NCBI GenBank assembly: GCA_019116165.1
Contig: DXCE01000064.1
Coordinates: 2,943 to 66,942 of the forward strand
Length of the DNA stretch: 64,000 bases
Origin: Candidatus Eubacterium faecavium
GTDB taxonomy: Bacteria > Bacillota > Clostridia > Oscillospirales > Acutalibacteraceae
Reading direction: 5' to 3'
The position numbers were made by a program, and so were the translations under genes. The notes beneath the pieces are model-generated. The model made no database searches and was not told the origin of the DNA. It saw only the letters and a list, made by a program, of their open reading frames with translations. Positions 33,956-44,815 of this stretch are shown here, in pieces. The first letter of the stretch is position 1; every line of letters begins with the position of its first letter.

Positions 33956-35737
33956 TTATTCGAACTGACTGTAATACAGAGCCGCATAAGCGCCTTTCTT
34001 TTCAAGCAGTTCCCTGTGATTGCCCTGTTCAATAATATTTCCATGCTCCATAAACAATATAGTATCCGCATCTCTTATGGTTGAAAGCCTATGCGCAATG
34101 ACAAAACTTGTTCTGCCGTTCATAAGCTTTTTCATGGCTTTACCTATCTCCGCCTCAGTGCGTGTATCCACGCTTGAAGTGGCTTCATCTAAAATGATTA
34201 CAGGCGGGTCACAAAGAAAGACGCGCGCTATTGTAATCAGCTGACGCTGACCGGCGGAAAGATTAGACGCTTCATTATCGAGCACAGTATCATAGCCGTG
34301 CGGCATTGTACGTATAAAATAATCCACCTTAGCCGCTTTTGCCGCCGCAACAATTTCCTCGCGTGTGGCATTGGGCTTGCTGTATGCGATATTCTCTGCT
34401 ACAGTTCCGCTGAAAAGCCATGTATCCTGAAGTACCATGCCAAAATTGCTTCTCAGCCCGCTTCTTGTCATTTCAGCGGTATTTACACCGTCAAGCATTA
34501 TTCTGCCGCCGTTCACTTCATAGAAACGCATAAGCAGGTTAACAAGAGTGGTCTTTCCCGCGCCTGTACTGCCCACGACAGCAATTTTCTGCCCCGGCTT
34601 CGCCTCAAAGCTGATGTCCTTCATCAGCAGTTTGCCCGGATCATAACCGAAACTGACATGGCGGAACGCGATGTTTCCTTTTGCATGTTCGAGCAACGCA
34701 GGCTTAAACGGATCGGGTATTTTCTCCTCGTCATCAAGAAGCTCAAACGTTCGCCTTGCGGACGCCAGCGCCGATTGCAAAGAATTGATCATAAACGACG
34801 CTTCCGTCAGAGGTTCCGCTGTCTGATTTATATACTGAAAGAACGCCTGCACCACACCGACTGTCATCGTTGAGTTCAGCATGGCATAACCGGCTATGAT
34901 CGCTATTACAACATGGGAAAGCCTTGTCAGCAGGCGGATGAGCGGATTTACACAGTTTGTCAGGAAATCCGCCTTCTGGTTGGCATCACGGTTCTTTTCA
35001 GCAGCCCTTTCCACTATACGGCTGCTCTCTTTCTCATGATTATAAGCTTTTATAACATCACGGCCGTTATAATACTCTTCAACGATTCCCGTGAGTTCCC
35101 CGATCGTCTCCTGCCTTTGCGAAGCACAGGTGAGATTTTTTTTGGCAACGATCTTTGTGATCCACACGGAAAGAAGCATAAATACAAGGAATATACATGT
35201 GAGCGAAACGCTGTAATAAAACATAACAATCAGCGAGCCGACAACCGTACCGATTGCCACAATCAGCTTCAGCAGACCGGTTTGAAGCACCTCCGCAATT
35301 TTGTCAAGGTCACTTGTGACCCTGCTGAGGATCTCACCGGCTTTATTCCTGTCAAAAAAGCTTAGCGGCAAACGATTGAGCTTGCGCGCGATCTGGTTTC
35401 TTAAATTCAGATTCAGTGTTTCCGCAACATCTGCCATAAGGTAAGACTGTAAATAGTAAAAGATCCAAGTAAAAAAGTACTGTAAACTGAGCTGAAGCAG
35501 CTCTTTCCCCATATTGTTCCAGGAAATGAAAAACGGCGTGCCGCTGCTCCATGCATACTGAATACTTTGCCACAGCTTATCAATTACCTGTGCGCTGTAC
35601 ATCGGATTCCATATACTGAGTGCAGTGTAAATAACGATCGAAATACCCACAACAGTCAGACGAACGCGCTGCCCTTTGATCTGGCTGAACAGCCATACGA
35701 CCGTACTTTTATTACGCCGGATATCTGTTTTGTTCAT
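33956..35737 (-). CDS. ABC exporter half-transporter (TMD-NBD), canonical ATP site
   Basis: Six TM helices plus an NBD. Walker A GSTGAGKTT, signature LSAGQRQ, Walker B VIILDEATS. Confidence 0.9.
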   Translation of the reverse strand: MNKTDIRRNKSTVVWLFSQIKGQRVRLTVVGISIVIYTALSIWNPMYSAQVIDKLWQSIQYAWSSGTPFFISWNNMGKELLQLSLQYFFTWIFYYLQSYLMADVAETLNLNLRNQIARKLNRLPLSFFDRNKAGEILSRVTSDLDKIAEVLQTGLLKLIVAIGTVVGSLIVMFYYSVSLTCIFLVFMLLSVWITKIVAKKNLTCASQRQETIGELTGIVEEYYNGRDVIKAYNHEKESSRIVERAAEKNRDANQKADFLTNCVNPLIRLLTRLSHVVIAIIAGYAMLNSTMTVGVVQAFFQYINQTAEPLTEASFMINSLQSALASARRTFELLDDEEKIPDPFKPALLEHAKGNIAFRHVSFGYDPGKLLMKDISFEAKPGQKIAVVGSTGAGKTTLVNLLMRFYEVNGGRIMLDGVNTAEMTRSGLRSNFGMVLQDTWLFSGTVAENIAYSKPNATREEIVAAAKAAKVDYFIRTMPHGYDTVLDNEASNLSAGQRQLITIARVFLCDPPVIILDEATSSVDTRTEAEIGKAMKKLMNGRTSFVIAHRLSTIRDADTILFMEHGNIIEQGNHRELLEKKGAYAALYYSQFE

Positions 35738-37470
35738 TTTTCCTGCGCCTCCTTCGTCTGCGATTCATATATTTCTCTGTATACAGAGCAGTTTTCAAGC
35801 AGTTCATCGTGCGTGCCCTTGCCTGCCATATGCCCCTCATGAAGCACAATGATCTGATCGGCATGCTGTATCGTGCTGACCCTTTGCGCTATGATGAGTA
35901 CTGCCGACTCCTTGGTCTCAGCCGCGAGCGCTTTTCTGAGCGCAGCGTCCGTTTTAAAATCGAGAGCGGAAAAGCTGTCGTCAAATATATAGAGCTCAGG
36001 CTTTTTAACAAGCGCACGGGCAATTGACAGTCTCTGCTTCTGCCCGCCCGAGAAGTTTGTTCCGCCCTGAGCAACACGCGATTGTAATCCGTCCGGCAGC
36101 GAACGTATAAAATCACCTGCCTGAGCTACATCGGCAGCGTGCATAATCTCCTCATCGCTTGCGTTTTTATTGCTGTATCGAAGATTATCGGCAATTGCGC
36201 CGGAAAACAGCCACGCCTTTTGCTGCACATAAGCAAGATGATCTCTCAAACTATGCTGCGTTATATCTCGTATATCGGTGCCATTAAGATAAACCGCACC
36301 GCCGGTTACATCATGAAAGCGCAAAATCAAGGATGCAACGGTTGATTTCCCGCTGCCCGTTCCGCCTATGATAGCAGTCGTTTCTCCCCTTTTGCAGACA
36401 AAATCGAGATGGCTCAGCGTATCCTCCTCAGCATCCGCAAATCTGAAAGAAACATCCTTAAATGTCAGAACTTCTGTGTTTTTGTCATCAAAATCAGCAG
36501 AATCGGTTTTCACAAGATCGCGTATCTCCGGGGTATGATCAAGAACTGCCTGCACGCGGTTGCAGCATTCCAGAGCCCTGGGCATCGTAAGAATGACCAT
36601 CTGTGCCATCATCAGAAAAAAAAGGACCATCATGGCGTATTCTATCACAGCAGTAATGTCTCCTATCTGAAAATGTCTGCTGCTTATACGCCCTGCACTC
36701 AGCCAGTACACGATAACTATAAAAAGGTTTATAAAGAAAAAGGACAAACCGTCCAGATTGGCAAAACGGCGATTCGTTTTGATTGAGGTTACCGCATAAT
36801 CTTCAAAAGACCTGCCCATTCTCTTTTCCTCTCTGCCTTCATTATTAAAAGCACGGACAACACGCACACCCGTGATATTTTCAAGGAGGACCGTTGTCAT
36901 ACGGTCGAGCAGCTTCTGAAGCTTTTTAAACAGCGGAGCAGTGCTTCGCATAATAAAAACCGCAATAAAAAATACAGCCTCAACGACTGCCAGCAATATA
37001 AATCCCATTTCAACATCAAGGCTGAAAGAAAGCGCAAGAGCAATAACAAATATAACGGGAACAGGCAGCACCATCTGAATAAAGCTGGTGAGCGCGAACT
37101 GGATCGTTGTAATATCGGAAACCGTTCTGGTTGTGATGGAGGCCGTTCCGAAGCTTCGGAAATCATAAACAGAAAGCTTCAACGACTTCTCATAAACCGC
37201 GACCCGCACATCCTTACCGATTCGGGCAGAAAGAGATGCGCAGGTATATCCTCCGAGGATTGCGCATACACCGGAAAGTAATGACGCTGCCGCCATTACT
37301 ATGCCTGTTTGAACCAATTCGCTGAAATCCGCACCGGATGTTCCCTGATTCAGCATCTGTGCCGCAAGAGTGGGTATAAACAAGGCGCCTGCCACATCCG
37401 CGATAAGCAAAAGCACCGTTACGGCACAAAGTTTCCAATGCGGCTTAAGAAATCTCATAATCAGTTTCAT
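35734..37470 (-). CDS. ABC exporter half-transporter (TMD-NBD), degenerate ATP site
   Basis: Walker A GGTGSGKST, signature FSGGQKQR. Walker B is LYIFDDSFS, with Asp in place of the catalytic Glu, as in BmrC/LmrC-type heterodimer partners. An AAAGGAG SD precedes the ATG at 37470. Confidence 0.9.
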   Translation of the reverse strand: MKLIMRFLKPHWKLCAVTVLLLIADVAGALFIPTLAAQMLNQGTSGADFSELVQTGIVMAAASLLSGVCAILGGYTCASLSARIGKDVRVAVYEKSLKLSVYDFRSFGTASITTRTVSDITTIQFALTSFIQMVLPVPVIFVIALALSFSLDVEMGFILLAVVEAVFFIAVFIMRSTAPLFKKLQKLLDRMTTVLLENITGVRVVRAFNNEGREEKRMGRSFEDYAVTSIKTNRRFANLDGLSFFFINLFIVIVYWLSAGRISSRHFQIGDITAVIEYAMMVLFFLMMAQMVILTMPRALECCNRVQAVLDHTPEIRDLVKTDSADFDDKNTEVLTFKDVSFRFADAEEDTLSHLDFVCKRGETTAIIGGTGSGKSTVASLILRFHDVTGGAVYLNGTDIRDITQHSLRDHLAYVQQKAWLFSGAIADNLRYSNKNASDEEIMHAADVAQAGDFIRSLPDGLQSRVAQGGTNFSGGQKQRLSIARALVKKPELYIFDDSFSALDFKTDAALRKALAAETKESAVLIIAQRVSTIQHADQIIVLHEGHMAGKGTHDELLENCSVYREIYESQTKEAQEK

Positions 37471-37495
37471 TTGTAACAAAAACTCCTTTCCATTA

Positions 37496-37597
37496 TTAAA
37501 GAACGAACTGCCGCCGTAAAGTATCACACAAAAGTGGCCTGCTTACAGGCGGCGAACGTCCCCATATCGGTAAAGAAATACATATAACTTTATACAT
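37496..37597 (-). CDS. candidate leader peptide (33 aa, MYKVICISLPIWGRSPPVSRPLLCDTLRRQFVL)
   Basis: An AGGAGGG SD lies 6 nt upstream of the ATG. The stop is 25 nt before the ABC gene start. Not in the ORF track. No family recognised. Confidence 0.4.
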   Translation of the reverse strand: MYKVICISLPIWGRSPPVSRPLLCDTLRRQFVL

Positions 37598-37615
37598 GAA
37601 ATACCCTCCTAAAAC

Positions 37616-37652
37616 GCAAAAAAGCGCTCGGTTATTTAAAATAACCGAGCGC
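37616..37652 (-). terminator. strong intrinsic terminator between marR and the ABC exporter genes
   Basis: 29-nt perfect palindrome GCGCTCGGTTATTTAAAATAACCGAGCGC followed by T6 on the minus strand. Confidence 0.8.
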
Positions 37653-37713
37653 CCCCGACATCTTCTCCGGTCGTTACAGATGCGTCTGCAAACCTTCCGA
37701 TGAATAATATATT

Positions 37714-38160
37714 TTATTTTAAAGAACCCAGTTCTTCTTTTATGAGAGAACTAAATTTTTTTGTAAGAGCTGTAAGCGCTTCCCTTTCCTTCACATGCAT
37801 AGAACGCCATGCATTTTCTTCCGACCGCCGCATATTAAGAATATATTTATTCACAAACGCCCTTCCCGAATCAGTAAGCACTGCCTGTTTGGAACGCTGA
37901 TTCCCCTCAATAGGAACGAGTTGAACAAAGCCTTTTTTTATGAGCTGCTTAAAAGCGGAATTCAAAGTCTGCCGGCTGACGAACAGCTTTTCGCTTATCT
38001 TGCTTTGCGTGTCCACACCATCGCTGATAAGCAAAAGCGACCAATATTCAGCCTCAGTAAGGCCGCAAGATTTGGAAAACATGGAATAAACATTATCCAT
38101 TTCCATAGTTGCCTGCCTGAATTCATTAAGGGTTTTAGCTAAATTTATATCTTTACTCAT
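37714..38160 (-). CDS. MarR-family transcriptional regulator
   Basis: 148 aa. wHTH region LTEAEYWSLLLI....TQSKISEKLFVSRQTLNSAFKQLIKKGFV. Confidence 0.85.
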   Translation of the reverse strand: MSKDINLAKTLNEFRQATMEMDNVYSMFSKSCGLTEAEYWSLLLISDGVDTQSKISEKLFVSRQTLNSAFKQLIKKGFVQLVPIEGNQRSKQAVLTDSGRAFVNKYILNMRRSEENAWRSMHVKEREALTALTKKFSSLIKEELGSLK

Positions 38161-38177
38161 CTTTCAGCCCCAAATCG

Positions 38178-38204
38178 TCCGATTTCGTACAGTATGAAAT
38201 CGGA
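38178..38204. promoter_or_regulatory. operator candidate: perfect 9-bp inverted repeat TCCGATTTC-N9-GAAATCGGA
   Basis: Located between the marR -10 element and its start codon. Confidence 0.5.
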
Positions 38205-38212
38205 TAGTTGGT

Positions 38213-38240
38213 ATTATAGCAGATACAACTTATTTGTCAA
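38213..38240 (-). promoter_or_regulatory. sigma-A promoter (TTGACA-16-TATAAT) for marR
   Basis: Consensus hexamers read on the minus strand. Confidence 0.6.
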
Positions 38241-38281
38241 CACTTATAATAAATTTTTTGTTTACCCAAATTTCATATCTT

Positions 38282-39652
38282 CTAAATAACCGATTTTTGA
38301 TTGTTTATTTCACCGCCGGTAAGTATAGTATCCGCAGCCTGAACAAGCTCTCCGAAAGCCTTATTTTTTTTGAAAAGCTTTGACGGAGCGCGGAGCGCGC
38401 ACATGACAAGCTTGTAATAAGCACTGTTCTTCGGATGCGGTTCGGCTGAGCCATCCAGTATCGATAGCCACATCTCGCCTATCATTTCCCTCAGAGACTT
38501 ATACCTGAACTGCATTGCCTCCGCTTTGGACACGTCTGCCGCCAGTCCGAGGGAGCGCAAAAGCTTGTAAGCATCCCATACAAGCATCGTATCTATCTTC
38601 ACGAGCAGAGGTTTGATTATAAACCAATATTTCGAAAGCGCCCTGCCGTTGAGCTGTAAAGCGTCCGCTCTTTCAATAAAATCCTGCTTTGCGCGGCATT
38701 TGGTTACATTAAATATCAACTCGCAGGCGTGCTTTGCAAGATACTGCTGCGCGTCCGTTTGCGTGTCTCCGAGTTTGAAAGTTTTCAGATGATCGACCTC
38801 ATAAAAGAGAGTGCCGTCCGCTTGGACGGTTACATTTACGATCGGCGCAGGATATCCGCACAAAGCCCCTACATTTACCTCCGTTATTTGATTTCCCGAA
38901 CGACTTATAAAAGAATCCGTATTCTGAATATGACTGTGCCCTACAAACATATAACGCAGCCCATTATCGGCAAACCATTCGGCTATCTGCTCTCTGTGCT
39001 CCACACAAGTGGAGCCTCCCGTGATAAGCGGTGAAATATGCGGCAAAAGCAGATGATGCTCTATGCCTATCATAAGGCAGCCGTCTCTTCGGGCATTTTC
39101 GAGCTGATTCTCTATCCATTTCCGGCAGGCAGGCGTAAAACCCGCGTGGTCATTTTCGTTTTTATCATCATTCAGGCACAGCACACGGACGTTTCCGCCA
39201 AGCTCTATCGTATAACAGACAGTGCCGATATCTGTAATAAAGCTGTCTATCGCCTGCCCGGGTCCGAAATCGTTATAAAATCCAGGCAAATCTCGGCTTT
39301 TCATAACAGGAACATCACTGTATGTCTTGTTTCCCTCGAAACGTCTGGGATTACCGTCGCAGCACCAGTCATGCGTTGCGGTTATGATATAGACGGGCTT
39401 TTTCCTTTTAAGCTTATAAAGCTTTTCACGAAACTCAATATGAGAAACCATTTCTCCGTTATTTGTAACATCTCCGAGGATAAAGACTGCGTCCGTATCG
39501 CTTTCCCCGATTTTTTCAAAGGCAGCATCGATGATTTCCGCCGTTTCAGCAAGACATTTCTGATCGGAGCCTGAACGAAGCGCATATGCTTTTCCGCTTG
39601 TGCCGAGAGACTTGGAATAATAATGCGTATCGGCAATAAAGGTCAGTTTCAT
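38282..39652 (-). CDS. metallophosphoesterase with a long C-terminal helical extension
   Basis: MPE motifs FIADTHY, LGDVTNNGE, ATHDW and VGHSHIQ. I prefer the ATG at 39652 (MKLTFIADTHYY). The ORF-track extension runs through the ugd terminator. Confidence 0.8.
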   Translation of the reverse strand: MKLTFIADTHYYSKSLGTSGKAYALRSGSDQKCLAETAEIIDAAFEKIGESDTDAVFILGDVTNNGEMVSHIEFREKLYKLKRKKPVYIITATHDWCCDGNPRRFEGNKTYSDVPVMKSRDLPGFYNDFGPGQAIDSFITDIGTVCYTIELGGNVRVLCLNDDKNENDHAGFTPACRKWIENQLENARRDGCLMIGIEHHLLLPHISPLITGGSTCVEHREQIAEWFADNGLRYMFVGHSHIQNTDSFISRSGNQITEVNVGALCGYPAPIVNVTVQADGTLFYEVDHLKTFKLGDTQTDAQQYLAKHACELIFNVTKCRAKQDFIERADALQLNGRALSKYWFIIKPLLVKIDTMLVWDAYKLLRSLGLAADVSKAEAMQFRYKSLREMIGEMWLSILDGSAEPHPKNSAYYKLVMCALRAPSKLFKKNKAFGELVQAADTILTGGEINNQKSVI

Positions 39653-39720
39653 ATTCTCACCTGCAAAAATAGATCTGCATACATTATATAAATAAAACAA
39701 GGCAAAGGCAAGTGAAAGCA

Positions 39721-39750
39721 AAACAAAATCCCCGCGCAAAACGCGGGGAG
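39721..39750 (-). terminator. rho-independent terminator after ugd
   Basis: TCCCCGCG-caaaa-CGCGGGGA with a T-rich tail on the minus strand. Confidence 0.65.
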
Positions 39751-39773
39751 AAAATGTTTCTGTATTCTTAAGA

Positions 39774-40994
39774 TCAATCCCTGTTATAAATATCTCTTGT
39801 ATAGACCTTATCCGCCACATCGAAAAGCTCTTCGCTCATTCTGTTTGCAATGATAACGTTGCTCTGCTTTTTAAAATCATCAAGATTATTTACAACCTTA
39901 TCGCCGTAGAAAAGGCTACCGTCATCAAGAGTCGGCTCGTAAATGATAATATTTGCGCCCTCGCCTTTTATACGCTTGATAACACCCTGAATAGAGCTTT
40001 GCCTGAAATTATCGGAATTGGATTTCATAGTCAGTCGGTGAACACCGACAGTGGCTATATTATTCGGCCCATGCCCGGCTTTTTCAAGCACTCTCTGCGC
40101 AATAAAATTCATACGCGTTGCGTTTGACTCAACGATTGCGCGTATCAGGTTTTCAGGTATATCGGCATAATTTGCAAGAAGCTGTTTCGTGTCTTTCGGA
40201 AGGCAATATCCGCCGTACCCGAACGATGGATTATTATAATGGCTGCCGATCCTCGGATCAAGTCCTATGCCCTCAATGATCTCCTTTGAATCAAGACCAT
40301 GTATCTCCGCATAAGTGTCAAGCTCATTAAAATAGCTTACACGCAGCGCAAGATACGTATTCGCAAACAGCTTGACCGCTTCAGCCTCCGTCGGCTTGGT
40401 AAACAGCACGTCAATATCTTTCTTTAAAGCTCCCTGTTTCAAAAGCGAAGCGAAAGTGTGTGCCGCCTCTTCAAGCTTTTGATTGCTTTTGTCAAAACCG
40501 ACAATAATCCTGCTCGGATACAGGTTGTCATAAAGTGCTCTGCCCTCTCTGAGAAACTCGGGGCTGAACAGAATAGAAAGATCCGGGTGACGTTCCTGCA
40601 TGGATTTTGTGAATCCGACGGGGACCGTTGATTTAACCACCATCACAGCGTTTGGATTCACCTTTTCCACCATGTCAATTACGGACTCAACCGAAGAGGT
40701 GTTGAAATAGTTTTTCTGCTCGTCATAATCCGTAGGCGTGGAAATAATTACGAAATCAGCCTTTGAATAAGCCTCTTCTCCGTTTACCGTAGCTGTGAGA
40801 TCCAGCTTTTTCTGCGCAAGATATTCGGAAATCTCTTTATCAACGATAGGCGATCTTCCGCTGTTTATGAGTTTCACCTTATCCTCAAGGATATCTACAG
40901 CATACACTGTGTTGTGCTGTGAGAGAAGCACCGCGTTTGAAAGACCTACATAACCTGTGCCGGCAACGGCAATCGTGTATTTTTTATTATCCAT
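39774..40994 (-). CDS. ugd: UDP-glucose 6-dehydrogenase / nucleotide-sugar dehydrogenase
   Basis: N-terminal Rossmann [12 protein letters not shown] and the catalytic block [10 protein letters not shown]. Confidence 0.85.
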   Translation of the reverse strand: MDNKKYTIAVAGTGYVGLSNAVLLSQHNTVYAVDILEDKVKLINSGRSPIVDKEISEYLAQKKLDLTATVNGEEAYSKADFVIISTPTDYDEQKNYFNTSSVESVIDMVEKVNPNAVMVVKSTVPVGFTKSMQERHPDLSILFSPEFLREGRALYDNLYPSRIIVGFDKSNQKLEEAAHTFASLLKQGALKKDIDVLFTKPTEAEAVKLFANTYLALRVSYFNELDTYAEIHGLDSKEIIEGIGLDPRIGSHYNNPSFGYGGYCLPKDTKQLLANYADIPENLIRAIVESNATRMNFIAQRVLEKAGHGPNNIATVGVHRLTMKSNSDNFRQSSIQGVIKRIKGEGANIIIYEPTLDDGSLFYGDKVVNNLDDFKKQSNVIIANRMSEELFDVADKVYTRDIYNRD

Positions 40995-41078
40995 AAGTTT
41001 CCCCTCTCCGAAACCGGCGCGGTAAAAAGCACACGCGGCATCGGATTTTTCAAGACCGGGATATCAATACCCGGATTT

Positions 41079-42230
41079 TTATTTTTTCTTGAACTTGTCA
41101 AAAAATCCTTCTTTCCCCGAATTTTTATGGGGCTTATAGGATTTATCGAACTGCATAAGCAGATCTTTCTGTTCTGATGTAAGATTTTTCGGAATATCTA
41201 CTATGATCCTGACAAGCTGGTCGCCTTTTCCAACGGAATTCAGCCTCTGTATGCCCTTGCCTTTCAGCTTAAACACATCCCCCGGCTGAGTACCGGCAGG
41301 CATATTATACTTCACATCGCCGTCCAAAGTGGGCACCTGAAGCTCGGCGCCGAGCGTTGCCTGAACGATGGAAACATGTTTATCATACCAGATATTATAG
41401 CCTTCGCGTCTGAAGTATTTATGCGATTTTATGTTAACTCGTATCTTCAAGTCTCCGGCAGGACCGCCGTTAAAGCCGCTGTCTCCCATTCCGCGGAGAT
41501 TGATGATTCTGTCTTCATCAATGCCTGCCGGGATATCAACGCTGACCTTATTCTTACGTCTTACCTTACCCTTGCCGGCACATTTGCCGCAGGGGGTTTC
41601 TATTATTTTACCACGACCGCCGCACACATTGCAAGTGCGTTGTGTGGAAACAACTGTAAAGCCCATTCTGTTTTGAACATTTACATACCCTTTGCCTCCG
41701 CAGGTCGTACAGGTTTTCGCAGATGTACCCTTTGCCGCACCTGTACCGCCGCATTCACTGCAGTCCTCCACGCGCGGAACTTCAACCTCTTTCGTGCATC
41801 CCTTTGCCGCTTCCTCAAAGGTCAGATTAACGGTCAGCTGAATATCCCTGCCCCTTTGCGGCGCATTGGGATTTCTGCCGGAAAAACCGCCGCCGAACCC
41901 TCCGCCGAAGAAGGACGAAAAGATGTCTCCGAGGTCTATGTCGCCGTCAAAACCGAATCCGCCTGCTCCGTAGCCGCCCTGCCCTGCTCCGTAATTCGGA
42001 TCAACGCCGGCGAAGCCGAACTGATCGTAACGCGCTTTTTTCTGAGGATCGGAAAGCACCTCATAAGCCTCATTGCATTCTTTGAATTTTTCTTCAGCCT
42101 CTTTGTCGCCGGGGTGCAGATCGGGGTGATATTTTTTTGCCGTTTTTCTGTATGCTTTTTTTATCTCGTCCTCTGTTGCGCCCCTTTGAACGCCGAGGAC
42201 CTCATAGTAATCTCTTTTTTCCTCAGGCAT
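41079..42230 (-). CDS. dnaJ: molecular chaperone DnaJ
   Basis: J-domain DYYEVLGV...KKYHPD, a G/F-rich region, and four CxxCxGxG zinc-finger repeats. Confidence 0.95.
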   Translation of the reverse strand: MPEEKRDYYEVLGVQRGATEDEIKKAYRKTAKKYHPDLHPGDKEAEEKFKECNEAYEVLSDPQKKARYDQFGFAGVDPNYGAGQGGYGAGGFGFDGDIDLGDIFSSFFGGGFGGGFSGRNPNAPQRGRDIQLTVNLTFEEAAKGCTKEVEVPRVEDCSECGGTGAAKGTSAKTCTTCGGKGYVNVQNRMGFTVVSTQRTCNVCGGRGKIIETPCGKCAGKGKVRRKNKVSVDIPAGIDEDRIINLRGMGDSGFNGGPAGDLKIRVNIKSHKYFRREGYNIWYDKHVSIVQATLGAELQVPTLDGDVKYNMPAGTQPGDVFKLKGKGIQRLNSVGKGDQLVRIIVDIPKNLTSEQKDLLMQFDKSYKPHKNSGKEGFFDKFKKK

Positions 42231-42385
42231 ATTTTCCTCCCTGTTAACCGTTATTCTGCAAGCAAAAGAACTCCGAAACGAACCTGTTTCAGGTGAATTT
42301 CGGATTTATCTTTCTTGCTTAAAATGACGGAACGGACAGGAGCCGTTCCGCCACCTAATCAAAAATCGGAGAAAAAGTGTTTATC

Positions 42386-44230
42386 TTAGTTATCGTCTAC
42401 TTCCGTGAAGTCGGCATCGGTATAACCTGCGTCATTACCGCCTGGCTGCTGAGCTGCATTCGGATCCGCGCCCGGCTGAGCGCCGCCCTGGGCGGCCTGT
42501 GCCGCCTGATACAGCTTCTGTGACACTTCATAGAATTTATTCTGAAGATCATCCTGAGCGGATTTTATCGCGTCAAGATTATCGCCCTTGAGCGCTTCTT
42601 TCAGAGCTGCGGATTTTGTTTCAAGTGCGGATTTGTCATCGGCGGAGAATTTATCTCCGTTTTCGGCAATCAACTGATCCGTCTGATAAGCAAGCTGCTC
42701 TGCGCCGTTCTTAAGGTCAACAGCTTCTCTTCTCTTCTTATCCTCCTCAGCGAACTGCTCAGCCTCTTTAACAGCCTTGTCGATATCCTCCTTGCTCATG
42801 TTAGAGGAAGCTGTGATGCTGATGTGCTGTTCTTTGCCTGTGCCCAGGTCTTTAGCCGAAACGTGAACAATACCGTTTGCGTCAATATCAAAGGTTACCT
42901 CGATCTGCGGAACGCCGCGGCGCGCGGGGAGAATTCCATCCAAATGGAACATGCCAAGGGTCTTATTGTCTTTTGCGAACTGCCTTTCACCCTGAAGAAC
43001 GTGTACCTCAACTGAAGTCTGGTTATCAGCGGCAGTAGAGAAGATCTGAGATTTCTTTGTGGGAATCGTGGTGTTTCTTTCAATAATGACTGTGTTTACA
43101 CCGCCCATCGTCTCAATACCGAGTGAAAGAGGCGTAACATCGAGCAGAAGAAGTCCTTTGACATCTCCGCCGAGAACACCGCCCTGAAGCGCAGCACCCA
43201 TCGCAACACACTCATCCGGGTTGATGCCCTTGAACGGCTTTTTGCCGCTGAATTTCTCGATAGCCTCCTGAACTGCGGGAATACGCGTGGAACCGCCTAC
43301 CAGAAGAACTTTGTCAATATCATTCATGGAAAGGCCGCTGTCCTGCATAGCCTGACGAACGGGACCCATTGTAGCCTCAACAAGATCGGCAGTCATCTGG
43401 TTGAACTGCGCTCTTGAAAGCGTCATCTCCAAATGTTTCGGACCGGTTGCATCCTGCGTGATGAACGGAAGGGAGATCTGAGCTGTTGTCATACCTGAAA
43501 GGTCGATCTTTGCCTTTTCGGCTGCTTCCTTTACACGCTGCATAGCCATTTTATCATTTGAAAGATCTATGCCGTTTGTTTTTCTGAACTCGGAAACGAT
43601 CCAGTCCATAACTTTCTTATCGAAATCATCACCGCCGAGACGGTTGTTACCTGCTGTGGCAAGAACCTCCTGCACGCCGTCGCCCATCTCAATGATGGAG
43701 ACATCAAACGTACCGCCGCCAAGGTCATATACCATAACTTTCTGGTCTTCTTCCTTGTCTATACCGAAAGCAAGAGCCGCGGCAGTAGGCTCATTGATGA
43801 TCCTCTTTACATCAAGACCTGCGATCTTGCCTGCGTCCTTTGTTGCCTGGCGCTGCGCGTCAGTGAAGTAAGCAGGAACAGTGATGACCGCCTCTTTTAC
43901 CGGCTCGCCGAGATAGCCTTCGGCGTCTGATTTCAGTTTCTGAAGAATAATTGCCGATATCTCCTGAGGTGTATAAGCTTTGCCGTCTATATTTACCTTG
44001 TAATCAGAGCCCATATGCCTTTTGATTGAGCTGATGGTTCTTTCCGGGTTTGTGATTGCCTGACGTTTCGCCACATTGCCGACCATTCTTTCGCCGTCCT
44101 TGCTGAAAGCAACAACGGAAGGCGTTGTTCTTGCGCCCTCGGCGTTGGGGATAACAACAGGCTCACCGCCCTCAATAACACTGACGCAGCTGTTTGTTGT
44201 ACCTAAGTCAATACCTATAATCTTTGCCAT
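42386..44230 (-). CDS. dnaK: molecular chaperone DnaK (Hsp70)
   Basis: [18 protein letters not shown] and other canonical Hsp70 blocks. Confidence 0.97.
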   Translation of the reverse strand: MAKIIGIDLGTTNSCVSVIEGGEPVVIPNAEGARTTPSVVAFSKDGERMVGNVAKRQAITNPERTISSIKRHMGSDYKVNIDGKAYTPQEISAIILQKLKSDAEGYLGEPVKEAVITVPAYFTDAQRQATKDAGKIAGLDVKRIINEPTAAALAFGIDKEEDQKVMVYDLGGGTFDVSIIEMGDGVQEVLATAGNNRLGGDDFDKKVMDWIVSEFRKTNGIDLSNDKMAMQRVKEAAEKAKIDLSGMTTAQISLPFITQDATGPKHLEMTLSRAQFNQMTADLVEATMGPVRQAMQDSGLSMNDIDKVLLVGGSTRIPAVQEAIEKFSGKKPFKGINPDECVAMGAALQGGVLGGDVKGLLLLDVTPLSLGIETMGGVNTVIIERNTTIPTKKSQIFSTAADNQTSVEVHVLQGERQFAKDNKTLGMFHLDGILPARRGVPQIEVTFDIDANGIVHVSAKDLGTGKEQHISITASSNMSKEDIDKAVKEAEQFAEEDKKRREAVDLKNGAEQLAYQTDQLIAENGDKFSADDKSALETKSAALKEALKGDNLDAIKSAQDDLQNKFYEVSQKLYQAAQAAQGGAQPGADPNAAQQPGGNDAGYTDADFTEVDDN

Positions 44231-44269
44231 AATATATCTTCCTCCGTAAAATATAGTTTATTGTGTTTA

Positions 44270-44815
44270 TTAATTTGCTGATTTCACCATAGCGGGACGT
44301 ACGATTTTATCTCCTATCTTGTATCCCTTCTGGAAAACATCAACGATTTCACCGTTTTTATAATTTTCATCCTCAACATGCATTACCGCGTTATGAAGAT
44401 TCGGATCAAAGGTGTCTCCGGGTTCACCGAACACCTCTATATCCATTTTTTCAAGGCTTGCCATAAGGCTGTTAAAGGTCATTTCCACGCCCTTTCTGAG
44501 CGCTTCATAATCCTCTGTCTCATTGGCAAGTGCTCTTTCAAGATTATCAATCACAGGCAGCAGCTCTTTGACCGTTTCGGCTTTGGCATACACGAATGTG
44601 TCCTGCTTTTCCTTTTCGCTGCGTCTTTTGTAATTGGAATACTCAGCCGTTATTCTCAGCAGCCTGTCTTTTGTTGCCTCAAGTTCATCCTCAAGAGGAT
44701 TTTTGCTATCCGCAGTATCCTGTTCGGCAGCTTTTTCCTCTTTTTTAGGGGTGTTTTCGGATTCCGGCTTTCCGGTTTCCTGCTTTGCTTTCTTCTCTTT
44801 TTCTTTTTTACTCAA
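44270..44815 (-). CDS. grpE: nucleotide exchange factor GrpE
   Basis: Charged N-terminus and a GrpE core (RITAEYSNYKRR...GYK.GD...RPAMV). Position between hrcA and dnaK. Confidence 0.9.
   Translation of the reverse strand: MSKKEKEKKAKQETGKPESENTPKKEEKAAEQDTADSKNPLEDELEATKDRLLRITAEYSNYKRRSEKEKQDTFVYAKAETVKELLPVIDNLERALANETEDYEALRKGVEMTFNSLMASLEKMDIEVFGEPGDTFDPNLHNAVMHVEDENYKNGEIVDVFQKGYKIGDKIVRPAMVKSAN

Noticed and set aside
41376-42296. 306-aa plus-strand ORF
   Set aside because: It is antisense to dnaJ. The sequence is low-complexity, Ala/Cys/Phe-rich junk.
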